From an uncultured Candidatus Saccharibacteria bacterium (GTDB lineage: Bacteria > Patescibacteriota > Doudnabacteria > UBA920), in NCBI GenBank assembly GCA_964612745.1, contig CAZTCH010000002.1, positions 1,009-65,008 of the forward strand: a DNA stretch of 64,000 bases. The letters run 5' to 3'. Shown here one piece after another: positions 9,686-19,126 of this stretch (the stretch's first letter is position 1; each line of letters begins with the position of its first letter). Below the pieces are notes generated by a model. That model ran no database searches and was not told the origin of the DNA. It saw only the letters and a list, made by a program, of their open reading frames with translations. The translations under genes and the position numbers were made by a program.

Positions 9686-10192
9686 CTACACCACAATTTC
9701 TATCCCCACAAAAAACATAATTGCACCTTTTGTATCTAAAATTGGTGACACCAAAAGTTCTACGTCGTACAGCTCTCCACTTTTCTTTTTGTTCGTGATA
9801 TGTAATTTCACAGATGTCTTTTTTTCAGTCATCTGCTTCCACATGTCTTTGTAAAATGCTTCTGGCATATGACCGCCCCACAACTCAGAAGGGCGCTTCC
9901 CCACCGCCTCATGCATTTGGTAGCCAGTAACTTTTTCTACCGCAGCGTTTATAAATAAAATTACTCCGTGTGCGTTGGTAATAATTACTTGCTCAATAGT
10001 ACTTTCTAATATCCGGTTCAAAGTACCACACCGCACGCACTTAATCTCCGGCCCAGTAGTGCCTTGGTCTTTCGCCAACATCTTACCGCACTTCATGCAC
10101 CGAAATTCTTTCGAATCGTGCATGAGCACCTGCGGCAAAAAACTTGCACTGCTCGTAGCATCTACATTTGTATTGATATTTTTTTCTGTCAC
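9686..10192 (-). CDS. Com-like zinc finger fused to a PAS domain
   Basis: RCMKCGKML..EIKCVRCGTLN, then IITNAHGVILFINAAVEKVTGY..NKKKSGELY PAS/PAC. Confidence 0.8.
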   Translation of the reverse strand: MTEKNINTNVDATSSASFLPQVLMHDSKEFRCMKCGKMLAKDQGTTGPEIKCVRCGTLNRILESTIEQVIITNAHGVILFINAAVEKVTGYQMHEAVGKRPSELWGGHMPEAFYKDMWKQMTEKKTSVKLHITNKKKSGELYDVELLVSPILDTKGAIMFFVGIEIVV

Positions 10193-10524
10193 ACAGTTGT
10201 GTTAAAGGCTGCCCTCTTACCGCTTGCGCACACTTTGCATTGTCGTGCTTTCTTTGCTTGCAAATTTTACCTTTGTTCTACTGGTAGTATAGTGCTACTT
10301 TTTTTGCATTACAAGCCCGTACACAAATATAGACGCACTCCACAGAGGGCAAATAAACCTTTCGCTCAAAAGTCAACACTTTTCGTTACTACGCGCGCCT
10401 GGTAACGAAAACAGTACAAAGATACATTTGCATTGGTTATTAAACCTGCAAACTGAGCATCTTCACTTCTCTTTAATGTGAAATTGTCATACTTCCTTCG
10501 CTATTAACAGTACACTATACACAT

Positions 10525-10986
10525 ATGCCACACTCATTTGCCGTGCTGCGCAAAGACCATCGCGCGGTCGAAGAGCTGTTCAAACAACTAGAAGACACAA
10601 CTGAACGAGCGGAAAAAGGTCGGACTGAACTGTTCGCGGAACTGAAAGAACTTTTGGACCAGCACACCGAAATAGAAGAAACCATTCTCTACCCTGCACT
10701 AGAGAAAGTAGAGCTCACCCACGACGCCACTTTAGAGGCAGAAGAAGAGCACAACGTGGCAAAAACATTATTAGCAGAACTGGAAGCAAGCGACCCCACC
10801 ACGGAGCACTGGACCGCCAAGCTAACCGTGCTCAGAGAAAGTATTGAGCACCATGTAGAAGAAGAGGAGAATGAATTGTTCCCACAAGCAGAGAAAGCAC
10901 TAGACCAAGACACGCTTGCTGAGCTGGAAGAGCAGCTCAATAAGGAGAAAGAAAACTCGGATAGCATTTTAGAAGAAATCTTGTAG
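10525..10986 (+). CDS. Hemerythrin (HHE) domain protein
   Basis: DHRAVE, HTEIEETILYP, EEH, HHVEEEENELFP. Confidence 0.9.
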   Translation: MPHSFAVLRKDHRAVEELFKQLEDTTERAEKGRTELFAELKELLDQHTEIEETILYPALEKVELTHDATLEAEEEHNVAKTLLAELEASDPTTEHWTAKLTVLRESIEHHVEEEENELFPQAEKALDQDTLAELEEQLNKEKENSDSILEEIL

Positions 10987-10996
10987 ATAGACGAAA

Positions 10997-11032
10997 AAAC
11001 ACCCTGACATTCCCTGAATGCTAGGGTGTTTT
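10997..11032. terminator. Intrinsic terminator between convergent genes
   Basis: AAAACACCCT...AGGGTGTTTT. Confidence 0.7.
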
Positions 11033-11065
11033 GTATTCTGGATGAATCCTAGCTTTATTTCTAGC

Positions 11066-11689
11066 CTACACACCTAGCAATATTCGCAGGTTTTCAAAAT
11101 GATGCAGAAACGAGTACAGAGCAAAATACGCATAGGCAAACCCAGGAAGCATGAACAGCAGGGCAACCAGCACTAGTCCGCCGGACCTGTTTACACTTGG
11201 CTTGTTAACAGGGTGGAAAGCTGCAATAAGCAACGCAGACCCCAAAAAGTGAGCGTATGCAGCAACGGAACCAAAAAATCCAATCAAAATAAAAGCTTGA
11301 TACCATTCGGGTAGACCCCCAACCGCATACACCAAAATAGCCAAAGCCAAATCCAGAACAAAAAAATACGCTAACTCTTTTATCAGTTTTTCTGCTGAGT
11401 TTCGATACTCCACATCTACTGCAGCCATTTTTGTGGTATCAAATGTTACCTTGTGTCTTTTTGCAACAATTCTATGTATGATCTCGTACTCAAATGCGCT
11501 CAGACCAAAAAGTAAAATAGTTGTTAGAAAAACGTTTGGCAAAATACTGTTGAGGTACGGTGTAATAGTCGCAAAGAAAAACAAACCTGTGCAATAGGCC
11601 AACACCCTCACAGACACAACCAAGTACCCACTCAAAACCGCCACGGCTTTACTCTTTTCAAAATCCGAACTCACAATCTCCTGCTCCAT
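11066..11689 (-). CDS. Hypothetical multi-pass membrane protein
   Basis: 207-aa ORF with about five hydrophobic segments. Confidence 0.7.
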   Translation of the reverse strand: MEQEIVSSDFEKSKAVAVLSGYLVVSVRVLAYCTGLFFFATITPYLNSILPNVFLTTILLFGLSAFEYEIIHRIVAKRHKVTFDTTKMAAVDVEYRNSAEKLIKELAYFFVLDLALAILVYAVGGLPEWYQAFILIGFFGSVAAYAHFLGSALLIAAFHPVNKPSVNRSGGLVLVALLFMLPGFAYAYFALYSFLHHFENLRILLGV

Positions 11690-11770
11690 AAATAAAATAT
11701 CTTAAAACTTCTGCTGACTATTTAAGTATACCCCCATAGCTACTTACGAAGATGGCCATGGTAACATCTG

Positions 11771-12223
11771 TTATCTAAAATCGTTTGGATTAAAATAATC
11801 TTTAAGACCATTTGTTTGCTCGCAAAGTTCAATAGAGTTAAGCTCCTCTTTTGAAAAAAATCCGACTTCTTCACACTCGTCTGTAGGGGTAAACTCCAAA
11901 CTTTCTATCTCAATCTGATAAGCCAATACGAGGGAGTAATACCAATCCATGCTCCTACTATTTTCAAATCGCCATGTCCAAGCATACACTGGTTTTTCAG
12001 AAATCTTTTTTATCTGCATACCCGTCTCCTCCTCAATCTCACGCTTAAGTCCATTTTTTATATCTTCGCCAAAATCTAACCCTCCTCCTGGAAGCTCCCA
12101 CTCCCCACCTAGCTTTTGAGATTCTTTGAGTAATAGAATTTTACCTTCTTTAACAAAAATACCTTTTACAGAAACTCTGTAAAAGCTGTCGGGGAAATCT
12201 TTAGATTTATGAAGTGATGTCAT
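11771..12223 (-). CDS. NUDIX hydrolase
   Basis: WELPGGGLDFGE......REIEEETG Nudix box. Confidence 0.9.
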   Translation of the reverse strand: MTSLHKSKDFPDSFYRVSVKGIFVKEGKILLLKESQKLGGEWELPGGGLDFGEDIKNGLKREIEEETGMQIKKISEKPVYAWTWRFENSRSMDWYYSLVLAYQIEIESLEFTPTDECEEVGFFSKEELNSIELCEQTNGLKDYFNPNDFR

Positions 12224-12518
12224 ATGTTTAATACTCGTATTATTAGCAATAATAGCACACAAACGCAATTTAGAATTTTGTGGTAATACCTACGTCGCCC
12301 TTCAACGAACCACTGTATAGCTTAGTGATCGTCGTCATGACGGCAGCCCTCTTTGGCTGTACTCATACTCAACCCAGCCTGGTCAGAATATCAATTTGGA
12401 TACTTAAAATTCTTTATCCATCTCTACAATTTTTAGCTCATCAGCAGAGAATAATCTTTTCGTTACGAAGGTGACCATGGTTGCGGTGACAAAAAGTTTC
12501 TTAGTTTTTTGTCGCAAT

Positions 12519-12553
12519 AAAAAATGCCCGAAGTCTTTTTAAGAACTCCGGGC
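12519..12553 (-). terminator. Intrinsic terminator
   Basis: Minus strand GCCCGGAGT...ACTTCGGGC followed by ATTTTTT. Confidence 0.65.
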
Positions 12554-12588
12554 CAACATCGTGTTCGGGTATTATCTGGATAGCAATT

Positions 12589-13182
12589 CTATAACTCTAT
12601 TGCTTTCCAAAAACCACCTTCAATTGGAAGCTTGCCAGTCCTACACCAGCTGGTAAGCACATCACTATAGTACGCCTCCCAAGCCTGCATTTGAACTTGC
12701 GCCCACATATCTGAATCCTCCACAAGCGAGTTGGGGCAACCTGCTTTATTGTGAACATTTAGATACAAATACCTACTAGTACGAGAGCGAATATACCAGT
12801 AGATACATTTTTGGGGCTGGCTTGGCAAGGAACATCCTTTAAGGGTGTAAGCCTTAGTTTTGCCACAGTCGATGATTCCTCGTAGATTCGCAACCCCTTT
12901 CCGAACCAAAGCTTGATAGCCGTGTACAATGTCTAAGTCGTTCTGAGAGAGACCACGCGACAGCTCCGGCGATTGTCCATAAAAAGGGAGAAACATTGCA
13001 AAATTCAGGATGCCGGATTTTTGCCCGGATCGAACAATGTCACAGAGTTCCCCGCTCATGTACGGCACGGAAGTGCAAGTGGCACCCACAAAGACTGGCT
13101 TTCCTAGCGTTAGGAGCCTAGTAAGAGTAAGCACCATGCCATCGGGGGAAACCACTTTCTCTTTACGAAATTTCATATCCAC
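12589..13182 (-). CDS. Hypothetical protein
   Basis: 197-aa ORF between two array sites, GGAGG-like RBS near the start, terminator after. Confidence 0.6.
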   Translation of the reverse strand: MDMKFRKEKVVSPDGMVLTLTRLLTLGKPVFVGATCTSVPYMSGELCDIVRSGQKSGILNFAMFLPFYGQSPELSRGLSQNDLDIVHGYQALVRKGVANLRGIIDCGKTKAYTLKGCSLPSQPQKCIYWYIRSRTSRYLYLNVHNKAGCPNSLVEDSDMWAQVQMQAWEAYYSDVLTSWCRTGKLPIEGGFWKAIEL

Positions 13183-13616
13183 CTCCTCGAAGTTTGAATT
13201 CTAATATTAAATCATATTTTCTAACTTTAGTCAAGTCTTTGACGCTCAATACGACTTCTAATACACTCGGATTACAAAAAATACGATCTGCAATCCTATT
13301 TTTGCAAAAATCGAAATATGATCCGGGAATTTTTAGGGTGCCATAAAGAAAATACGCACGTAACCGATTTAGTGCCTCGCTTACGAAGATGACCATGGTA
13401 ACGGGTTCCATACTTACTAAGGCGGGCACATGACAGAAAAACACCTAACACTAAAAGCCAACACTTTTCACGGCCGGGAAAAGTATTGGCTTGAAAGTTG
13501 GGTTAGTTGCAAGCAAATCCTCCCCCACTCCCACAAATTTACCAAATTTAAAAAGCCACTAGTTTTCACGGCCGTGAAAACTAGTGGCTTTTGGCGCTAG
13601 GCACGCATGGTAGAGA

Positions 13617-14006
13617 CTAGGACATTTTTGTGCACAGTTCAACCAAAAAGCCGTTTATGTCCGCAACATAGGCAATTGTTTGCCCCCACGGTTTTTGCTC
13701 TGGCTCTTTCACAACCTTTGCACCTGCTTGAGTTGCTTTGCTAAATGCAGCCGCAAGGTCTTCTACCACAAATGCAATTTCTGCTGGAGGTGGTAACATG
13801 CCTGCATCACTCTTTGCAATCGCCACGCCGTTGTACTCCGCTATGCTGTATGATGCAAACGCAAGCGTGGTGCCACCAGTTTCTAACTCGGCATAGTCTT
13901 TTTCTGGAGTAATAAATTTTTGGGCAAACCCAAACGCGTCAACATAAAAAGCAATCGTCTTTTCGACATCTGCTACGTAAAGAATTGTGTATCCGTATGT
14001 AATCAT
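13617..14006 (-). CDS. VOC/glyoxalase family protein
   Basis: YTILYVADV...FY..AFGF, KPWGQTIAYVADINGFLVELC. Confidence 0.9.
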   Translation of the reverse strand: MITYGYTILYVADVEKTIAFYVDAFGFAQKFITPEKDYAELETGGTTLAFASYSIAEYNGVAIAKSDAGMLPPPAEIAFVVEDLAAAFSKATQAGAKVVKEPEQKPWGQTIAYVADINGFLVELCTKMS

Positions 14007-14073
14007 ATTGGTATTTTACCACAACGCACACAGCTCTACATCTTGGTTACGAAGGTGATCATTGTAACCATGT

Positions 14074-14844
14074 CTAGCGCTGGGCGTGTTTAAGAATCCA
14101 CGTAGTATGCTCGTTTTTGGAACGCGACCAGCGCGCGACAACTTTTTGCGCTTCTTTGGGATTCACTTTCAGCCAGTCGCGCAAATGATTTGCCACAGAC
14201 TTTTTTACGAACTTCACACTGTCTTCTTTGAGTAATTCGAGTATTTCCAAAACTGGTTTCGGGTTTTCGCTCCACACGTCCAGCTTGGGTGCCCAAGGTA
14301 GTTTTGGACGCAAGCCTTCGCTGGCAAGCCGCCGCAAATGAAAATTTTTACTCTTTGCCCACCGCGCACACACCGCAAGCGTTTGCACTGGGTAGGCACG
14401 AGCAAAAGGACGGATAGCGTACTCCCCCGTGTTCCGCTTAGTTATTTCTTCTAGAACTTGCATGGAAACCCGAAAGTGCGCCACACCGTATTTTTCTACA
14501 AACTTACCCACGGGCATGAGCCAGTAGTAGTTAGTGAACATGCCGGTCTCGTGTGGATTTTCCGGACCTAAAATCTGCATGAGCACTGCCAGTGCTGCAG
14601 GATATGACTCTGGCAAATACCGCTGCAAGTTGTCTGCAATAATTTCTACCCGCGCTGTATATGTTTTGCCTACCACTTCTTTTTTCACACTCGCACAAAA
14701 CGCTTTTTTCTGAAACTCGGGATACACCACAACCAACTTGTCTGCCAACAATAGTGCCAGACTCTCCCCAAACGCATCGGTAATAGAATATTTCCCCGTT
14801 TCCGGATTTTTAAAACTATGCTTCTGCACCTCTTGTTTCGCCAT
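14074..14844 (-). CDS. DNA alkylation repair protein (AlkD-like HEAT repeat)
   Basis: EYAIRPF, HLRRLASEGLRPKLPWA, FVKKSVANHL. Confidence 0.85.
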   Translation of the reverse strand: MAKQEVQKHSFKNPETGKYSITDAFGESLALLLADKLVVVYPEFQKKAFCASVKKEVVGKTYTARVEIIADNLQRYLPESYPAALAVLMQILGPENPHETGMFTNYYWLMPVGKFVEKYGVAHFRVSMQVLEEITKRNTGEYAIRPFARAYPVQTLAVCARWAKSKNFHLRRLASEGLRPKLPWAPKLDVWSENPKPVLEILELLKEDSVKFVKKSVANHLRDWLKVNPKEAQKVVARWSRSKNEHTTWILKHAQR

Positions 14845-15043
14845 ACTACTCCCCTGCTTTACTTACTTCTACTGTACCACACCCTTCAACCCTAATGAAG
14901 GCGGGCTTATATCAGAAAAGCACACAAATCAAAAGCCAACACTTTTCACGGCCGTGAAAAGTGTTGGCTTGAAGAAGGTGAAAGGTAAGCCAAAAACGAG
15001 CATTCGCACTCCAAAATTACCTGCATGAAAAAGCCATCAGTAT

Positions 15044-15535
15044 TCACGGCCGTGAATACTGATGGCTTTTAGTTTTATGATTGGGATGGGTGTAGATAGA
15101 GCGTGCACGGTAACGGGCTAGGCGCGCAATCCAGGGTTTTTTGCTGCGAGTTGGAGTACTTTTTTTTAGTCCCACAAGATTCACGTCTTCCAGCTTTTTA
15201 AACCGTATGCAGCTTTTACCCACACTAACCTTGCCTAGTTCTGTTGCATGCTTTTCGGCAATGTACTGACCTGCCTCCAAAGCACACACATACACGCTTA
15301 CGTACTGCTTCTGGTTGGCCAGCGCAACAACGGGCCACTGCACTGTCTCTTTTTTGTGATTCAAGTATGGGAAACTACCATACCCCAGCATGTTAGACGC
15401 CATGTGAGGCTTTAGTTTTGGCACAGCCTTTTGGATAAATTCGTGCAAAAACAAAATAAGCTCTTTCCGCTCTGCCGGAACCGCCGCAAGATACTCTTTA
15501 ACCGATTTCGCTTCTACGGGTTTAAACATGTTCAT
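15044..15535 (-). CDS. DUF1801 family protein; probable frameshift near the C-terminus (likely natural stop at 15118-15120)
   Basis: MLGYGSFPY..WPVVALANQKQYVSVY..LGKVSVGKSCIRFKKLEDV. Confidence 0.85.
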   Translation of the reverse strand: MNMFKPVEAKSVKEYLAAVPAERKELILFLHEFIQKAVPKLKPHMASNMLGYGSFPYLNHKKETVQWPVVALANQKQYVSVYVCALEAGQYIAEKHATELGKVSVGKSCIRFKKLEDVNLVGLKKSTPTRSKKPWIARLARYRARSIYTHPNHKTKSHQYSRP

Positions 15536-15643
15536 ATGTACTGGGTTAGCCAACAATGCGTACAGTATATCCTAAAAATTACGTTCGAAGTATTGCCAGC
15601 ATGCCCCTACCTTTGGTTACGAAGGTGACCATGGTAACAGATT

Positions 15644-16204
15644 CTAGCTTTGCAGGTGGGACACGTCGTTCCAAAACATAATGCGCCACTTCCCTTTTTC
15701 TTCGTTAAACATACATTTTGAAATGCCACAATTATCCATGACGAGAGATTCATCAAAACTTTGGAGCAAGCTTTCAGTCAGCCCATCACCCAACATACAG
15801 TACGCAACCAAAGCTTTAAAAAATGCAGCATGACCTACAAGAACATTGTGTTTTGTTGAAAGACTTTCCAGAAAGGTCTTTGTCTCTATCAAGCGTGCAT
15901 GCAACTCCGAGTAACCTTCTGCGTAGCCATAGGCGCCATCGGTAAACTTACCGCGACGCTCCTTTAGACATACTTTTACTTGGGACCGCACACCAGTTAC
16001 TTTTTCTATCTCCGCCGCGGTCTGAGCCGCTCTGGTAATTCCTGAATGGTAGATTGAATCAATAGCAGCATGCCCAAAACGCTTCGCAACCAAAGTTGCC
16101 TCTGAAGCACCTTTTTCAGTCAGCGGATCTTCCGCCCCTGCAAAATTAGTATCTACATTCGACATGCATTCACCATGCCGAATGAAATAATAGTATTTTC
16201 TCAT
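15644..16204 (-). CDS. Histidine phosphatase family protein
   Basis: FIRHGE, LTEKG, RAAQTA, LVGH, NCGIS. Confidence 0.9.
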   Translation of the reverse strand: MRKYYYFIRHGECMSNVDTNFAGAEDPLTEKGASEATLVAKRFGHAAIDSIYHSGITRAAQTAAEIEKVTGVRSQVKVCLKERRGKFTDGAYGYAEGYSELHARLIETKTFLESLSTKHNVLVGHAAFFKALVAYCMLGDGLTESLLQSFDESLVMDNCGISKCMFNEEKGKWRIMFWNDVSHLQS

Positions 16205-16251
16205 TTCTTGCCTTGTTCTTATTGGTTACGAAGGTGACCATGGTAACAATA

Positions 16252-17049
16252 TTATAGACTAACCAACTTATGCTTTACTTTGCTGCCCAACCACTTTTGA
16301 CTTAGCTTTTCATAATGCTCTGTTAAGTCAGTCACCCTCAGATCAATTTTCTTGCGTCTACTTAGTACCTTTTCAATCTCCGGATGTTTTTGCAAGTATG
16401 ATTTTAATTTAGCGGGCACAATGTCATCTTGGGATATTATCTGTATGCCCTTGCCAACAACGCTGCGAATCCCTCTCTTCAATATCGGATAATGAGTACA
16501 ACCTAATACTATCGCCTCAACTTTTTGCTTTAAAAGCGGTTTCAGATATTCACGAAGGATTGGCCCTGCCCACTGCAACCCATCGTTCTCGATAAGTGGA
16601 ACTAGTAAGGGCGCTGCTTGCTGATACACCTTCACATTCGGCTTTATTTTTTTAAATTCTTCCACAATAGCATTCGAGCTAACTGTGGCTTGCGTTGCCA
16701 ATACGCCAATACGACTACTACCTATCTGAACAGCTGTTTCAACCGTGGGAACAATTACACCTAACACCCTTCTATCCGGATAATACTTTGGTAAATATTC
16801 ACGTTGTATCCTACGTAATGCTCTTGTTGAAGCAGTGTTACAAGCCAAGATAATTAACTTGCAATCATTCTGAAACAAATACTCAACAGCTTCCAATGTA
16901 AACTGATATATTGTTTCTTGTGACCGACCACCATAAGGTACTCGCTTAGTGTCTCCTAAGTAAAGATAATCATACTGAGGTAGCTGCTTCGAAATACTTT
17001 TTAGTAAAAGCAAACCGCCTACACCACTGTCAAATATGCCTATTTTCAT
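16252..17049 (-). CDS. murI: Glutamate racemase
   Basis: IGIFDSGVGG, PYG, ACNTAS, LGCTHYP. Confidence 0.95.
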   Translation of the reverse strand: MKIGIFDSGVGGLLLLKSISKQLPQYDYLYLGDTKRVPYGGRSQETIYQFTLEAVEYLFQNDCKLIILACNTASTRALRRIQREYLPKYYPDRRVLGVIVPTVETAVQIGSSRIGVLATQATVSSNAIVEEFKKIKPNVKVYQQAAPLLVPLIENDGLQWAGPILREYLKPLLKQKVEAIVLGCTHYPILKRGIRSVVGKGIQIISQDDIVPAKLKSYLQKHPEIEKVLSRRKKIDLRVTDLTEHYEKLSQKWLGSKVKHKLVSL

Positions 17050-17074
17050 TCCGGTATCATACCATAAAATTAAC

Positions 17075-17506
17075 TTATTTTTGGTTACGAAGGTGACCAT
17101 GATAACGGGGGTTGAACTGTTGTGGAAAGCGCTTGGTTGATATGCCTAACTTGTTCAAAATCAGCCCCGATACCTTAAAACAAAGAGGATACAGCAACAC
17201 GACAATTGCGATGTTCACATATTCATTCGCAAAAAGCTCTGGCCCTGCTAAAAGAGCCAGCAGCGCTAAGCATCCGAAATACAAAGTATGATATAGCAAT
17301 CTACCAAGCATACCCCAACGCCCCACCCGGGCTTCGAAAAATGCCACAGTATACAGCAGCAGTGTGAAGACCAAAATATACACCCAATACTGACTGACGA
17401 GCCGCACAACAATCCCCCACACTATTCTGTACCCCTCACGCAATCCAGTGTCCATTAAAGATGGTAAAGCCTGAGCCACCTGCGCTACTTCATTTGTTTG
17501 TTGCAT
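17075..17506 (-). CDS. Hypothetical membrane protein; C-terminus encoded by the array site
   Basis: Three TM segments; ends RYHGHLRNQK across 17084-17106. Confidence 0.7.
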   Translation of the reverse strand: MQQTNEVAQVAQALPSLMDTGLREGYRIVWGIVVRLVSQYWVYILVFTLLLYTVAFFEARVGRWGMLGRLLYHTLYFGCLALLALLAGPELFANEYVNIAIVVLLYPLCFKVSGLILNKLGISTKRFPQQFNPRYHGHLRNQK

Positions 17507-17563
17507 ATCCTATTTGGTTACGAAGGTCACCATGGTAATCAAAACTCAGAATGAAGCACTTAG

Positions 17564-18145
17564 CTAACCACTAGAAACAGCCTCGCCACTAACAATCTTT
17601 TCTAAAACCTTACGCGCTTTCTCTGAATGCCCCAAAGCAAGCTTACGAATTACTCCTAAATTTTCCGGATTGTTCATAGGAAGCGTACTTGTTGCAGAAA
17701 ATAAAAAATTTAAACTTGCTACCACCTCAGCAAGAGTTTTAACTATGTCCTCATTCTGAGTACTTAATGCCAATGGCGTACTTAAACCATTTAAAGCCTG
17801 TGAAATGTTTGAAATATGCTGGTTAAATCGGTGCGACGTGTCTTTGGTCACCCACCCCGGAGAGTATTCTTCCATTGTACTATATATTAACTTTGCATCA
17901 AGGTTACTCCCATCGTGCAAACTAATTTGCCCAAGATAGTCTTGCATGGCAACATTAATTAACGTCAAAAGACTAACGGCAAGATCGTGCACTTTTTCGT
18001 TCCTTAAGGTTTCAATATCAATCTTCTTTTGCTTCCTATATAACCAAACACCGGAGTATGCAATTATTAAACCAGCAAATAAAGTTCCCACAAATGTATT
18101 ATCTGCAGTCTGTGCTAGAGCATTAGAAAATGTATTTATATCCAT
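17564..18145 (-). CDS. Hypothetical protein with N-terminal TM helix
   Basis: 193-aa ORF filling the interval between two array sites. Confidence 0.7.
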   Translation of the reverse strand: MDINTFSNALAQTADNTFVGTLFAGLIIAYSGVWLYRKQKKIDIETLRNEKVHDLAVSLLTLINVAMQDYLGQISLHDGSNLDAKLIYSTMEEYSPGWVTKDTSHRFNQHISNISQALNGLSTPLALSTQNEDIVKTLAEVVASLNFLFSATSTLPMNNPENLGVIRKLALGHSEKARKVLEKIVSGEAVSSG

Positions 18146-18190
18146 AAGCGACTAATATACAATCAAGTAACAGTACCACTCACGTGCATC

Positions 18191-19126
18191 CTACCTTTGG
18201 TTATGAATGTCACCATGGTAACGGACATGGGAGCTTATATTTTTGGGGAGGAGTTTCTGTGCTAGTAATTCAAAAGTAATGCCTGCGGCCTTGGCAGCTT
18301 TGGGTAGTAAGCTTTCCGAAGTGAGTCCTACGCCACAAGGGGTGTTTATCTCCAAAATATAGAGCACACCATCTTGCAATATAAAATCAGCCCGAGAATA
18401 ACTACCCAGCTGTAAATCTTTGTGAATTTTAAGAGAAATAGCCTGCGCTTTCTTTTGAACCCCCACATCTACAGAAGGAGCGAATGGAATTTCTTTAGCC
18501 ATGCCTGAATACTTGCTTTTGTAATCAAACCACTTTCCATTTGGCGGTACAATCTCAACCACGGGGAGTGCTTTTCCATTTAACACTCCAACTGTTATTT
18601 CAACACCAATAAGCTGCTTCTCCGCATACACACGACAGGGAAGTTGGAGGATTTTCTTCACCAAAAAGCCAGAGAGGTCTTTTAGCTTGTGTAATATTAC
18701 TACTTCATGAGACGAACCCCCATAAGTAGCCTTAAGAACGCAGGGAAAACCAAACTTAATTATATCTTGCTTTGTTTTAACAATTTTCCATGGAGCAGTT
18801 ACAATACTATTTCTATCACAATATTGCTTAAAAAGAATCTTATCAAAAGCAATCTTTGCTCCTTTGGGCTCTGAACCAACATAAGGTATTTTAGAAGACT
18901 TTAGGAATCTGTAGAGAGTACCATCCTCCCCTTCTCTGCCGTGCATTACCGGGAAGGCTACATCACACACTTTTATGGCAGAACGTAACTCAGAATAACC
19001 TCGTTTAAAGTCAAACACCTGCACTGCGTGGCCATTTGATATCAATGCCTTTTTAACCATACTTGCTGAAAGCAAGGAAATTTTTCGCTCTGATGAAGAT
19101 CCGCCAGTAATAATCAAAATATTCAT
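18191..19126 (-). CDS. ddl: D-alanine--D-alanine ligase
   Basis: GGSSSERKISLLS, HGREGEDG, GSS, FDYKSKY, RADF..LEINT.CG; ends RYHGDIHNQR across a site. Confidence 0.92.
   Translation of the reverse strand: MNILIITGGSSSERKISLLSASMVKKALISNGHAVQVFDFKRGYSELRSAIKVCDVAFPVMHGREGEDGTLYRFLKSSKIPYVGSEPKGAKIAFDKILFKQYCDRNSIVTAPWKIVKTKQDIIKFGFPCVLKATYGGSSHEVVILHKLKDLSGFLVKKILQLPCRVYAEKQLIGVEITVGVLNGKALPVVEIVPPNGKWFDYKSKYSGMAKEIPFAPSVDVGVQKKAQAISLKIHKDLQLGSYSRADFILQDGVLYILEINTPCGVGLTSESLLPKAAKAAGITFELLAQKLLPKNISSHVRYHGDIHNQR

Larger units (their letters stand above)
8877..15070. repeat. Family of 38-46-bp palindromes centred on CACGGCCGTG (5 copies)
   Basis: 8877-8922, 13453-13492 (degenerate), 13551-13592, 14933-14970, 15029-15070. 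Confidence 0.9.

Noticed and set aside
13163-13444. 93-aa ORF crossing an array site, and other antisense or overlapping ORFs in the track
   Set aside because: No recognisable motifs; most are shadows of better-supported genes on the opposite strand
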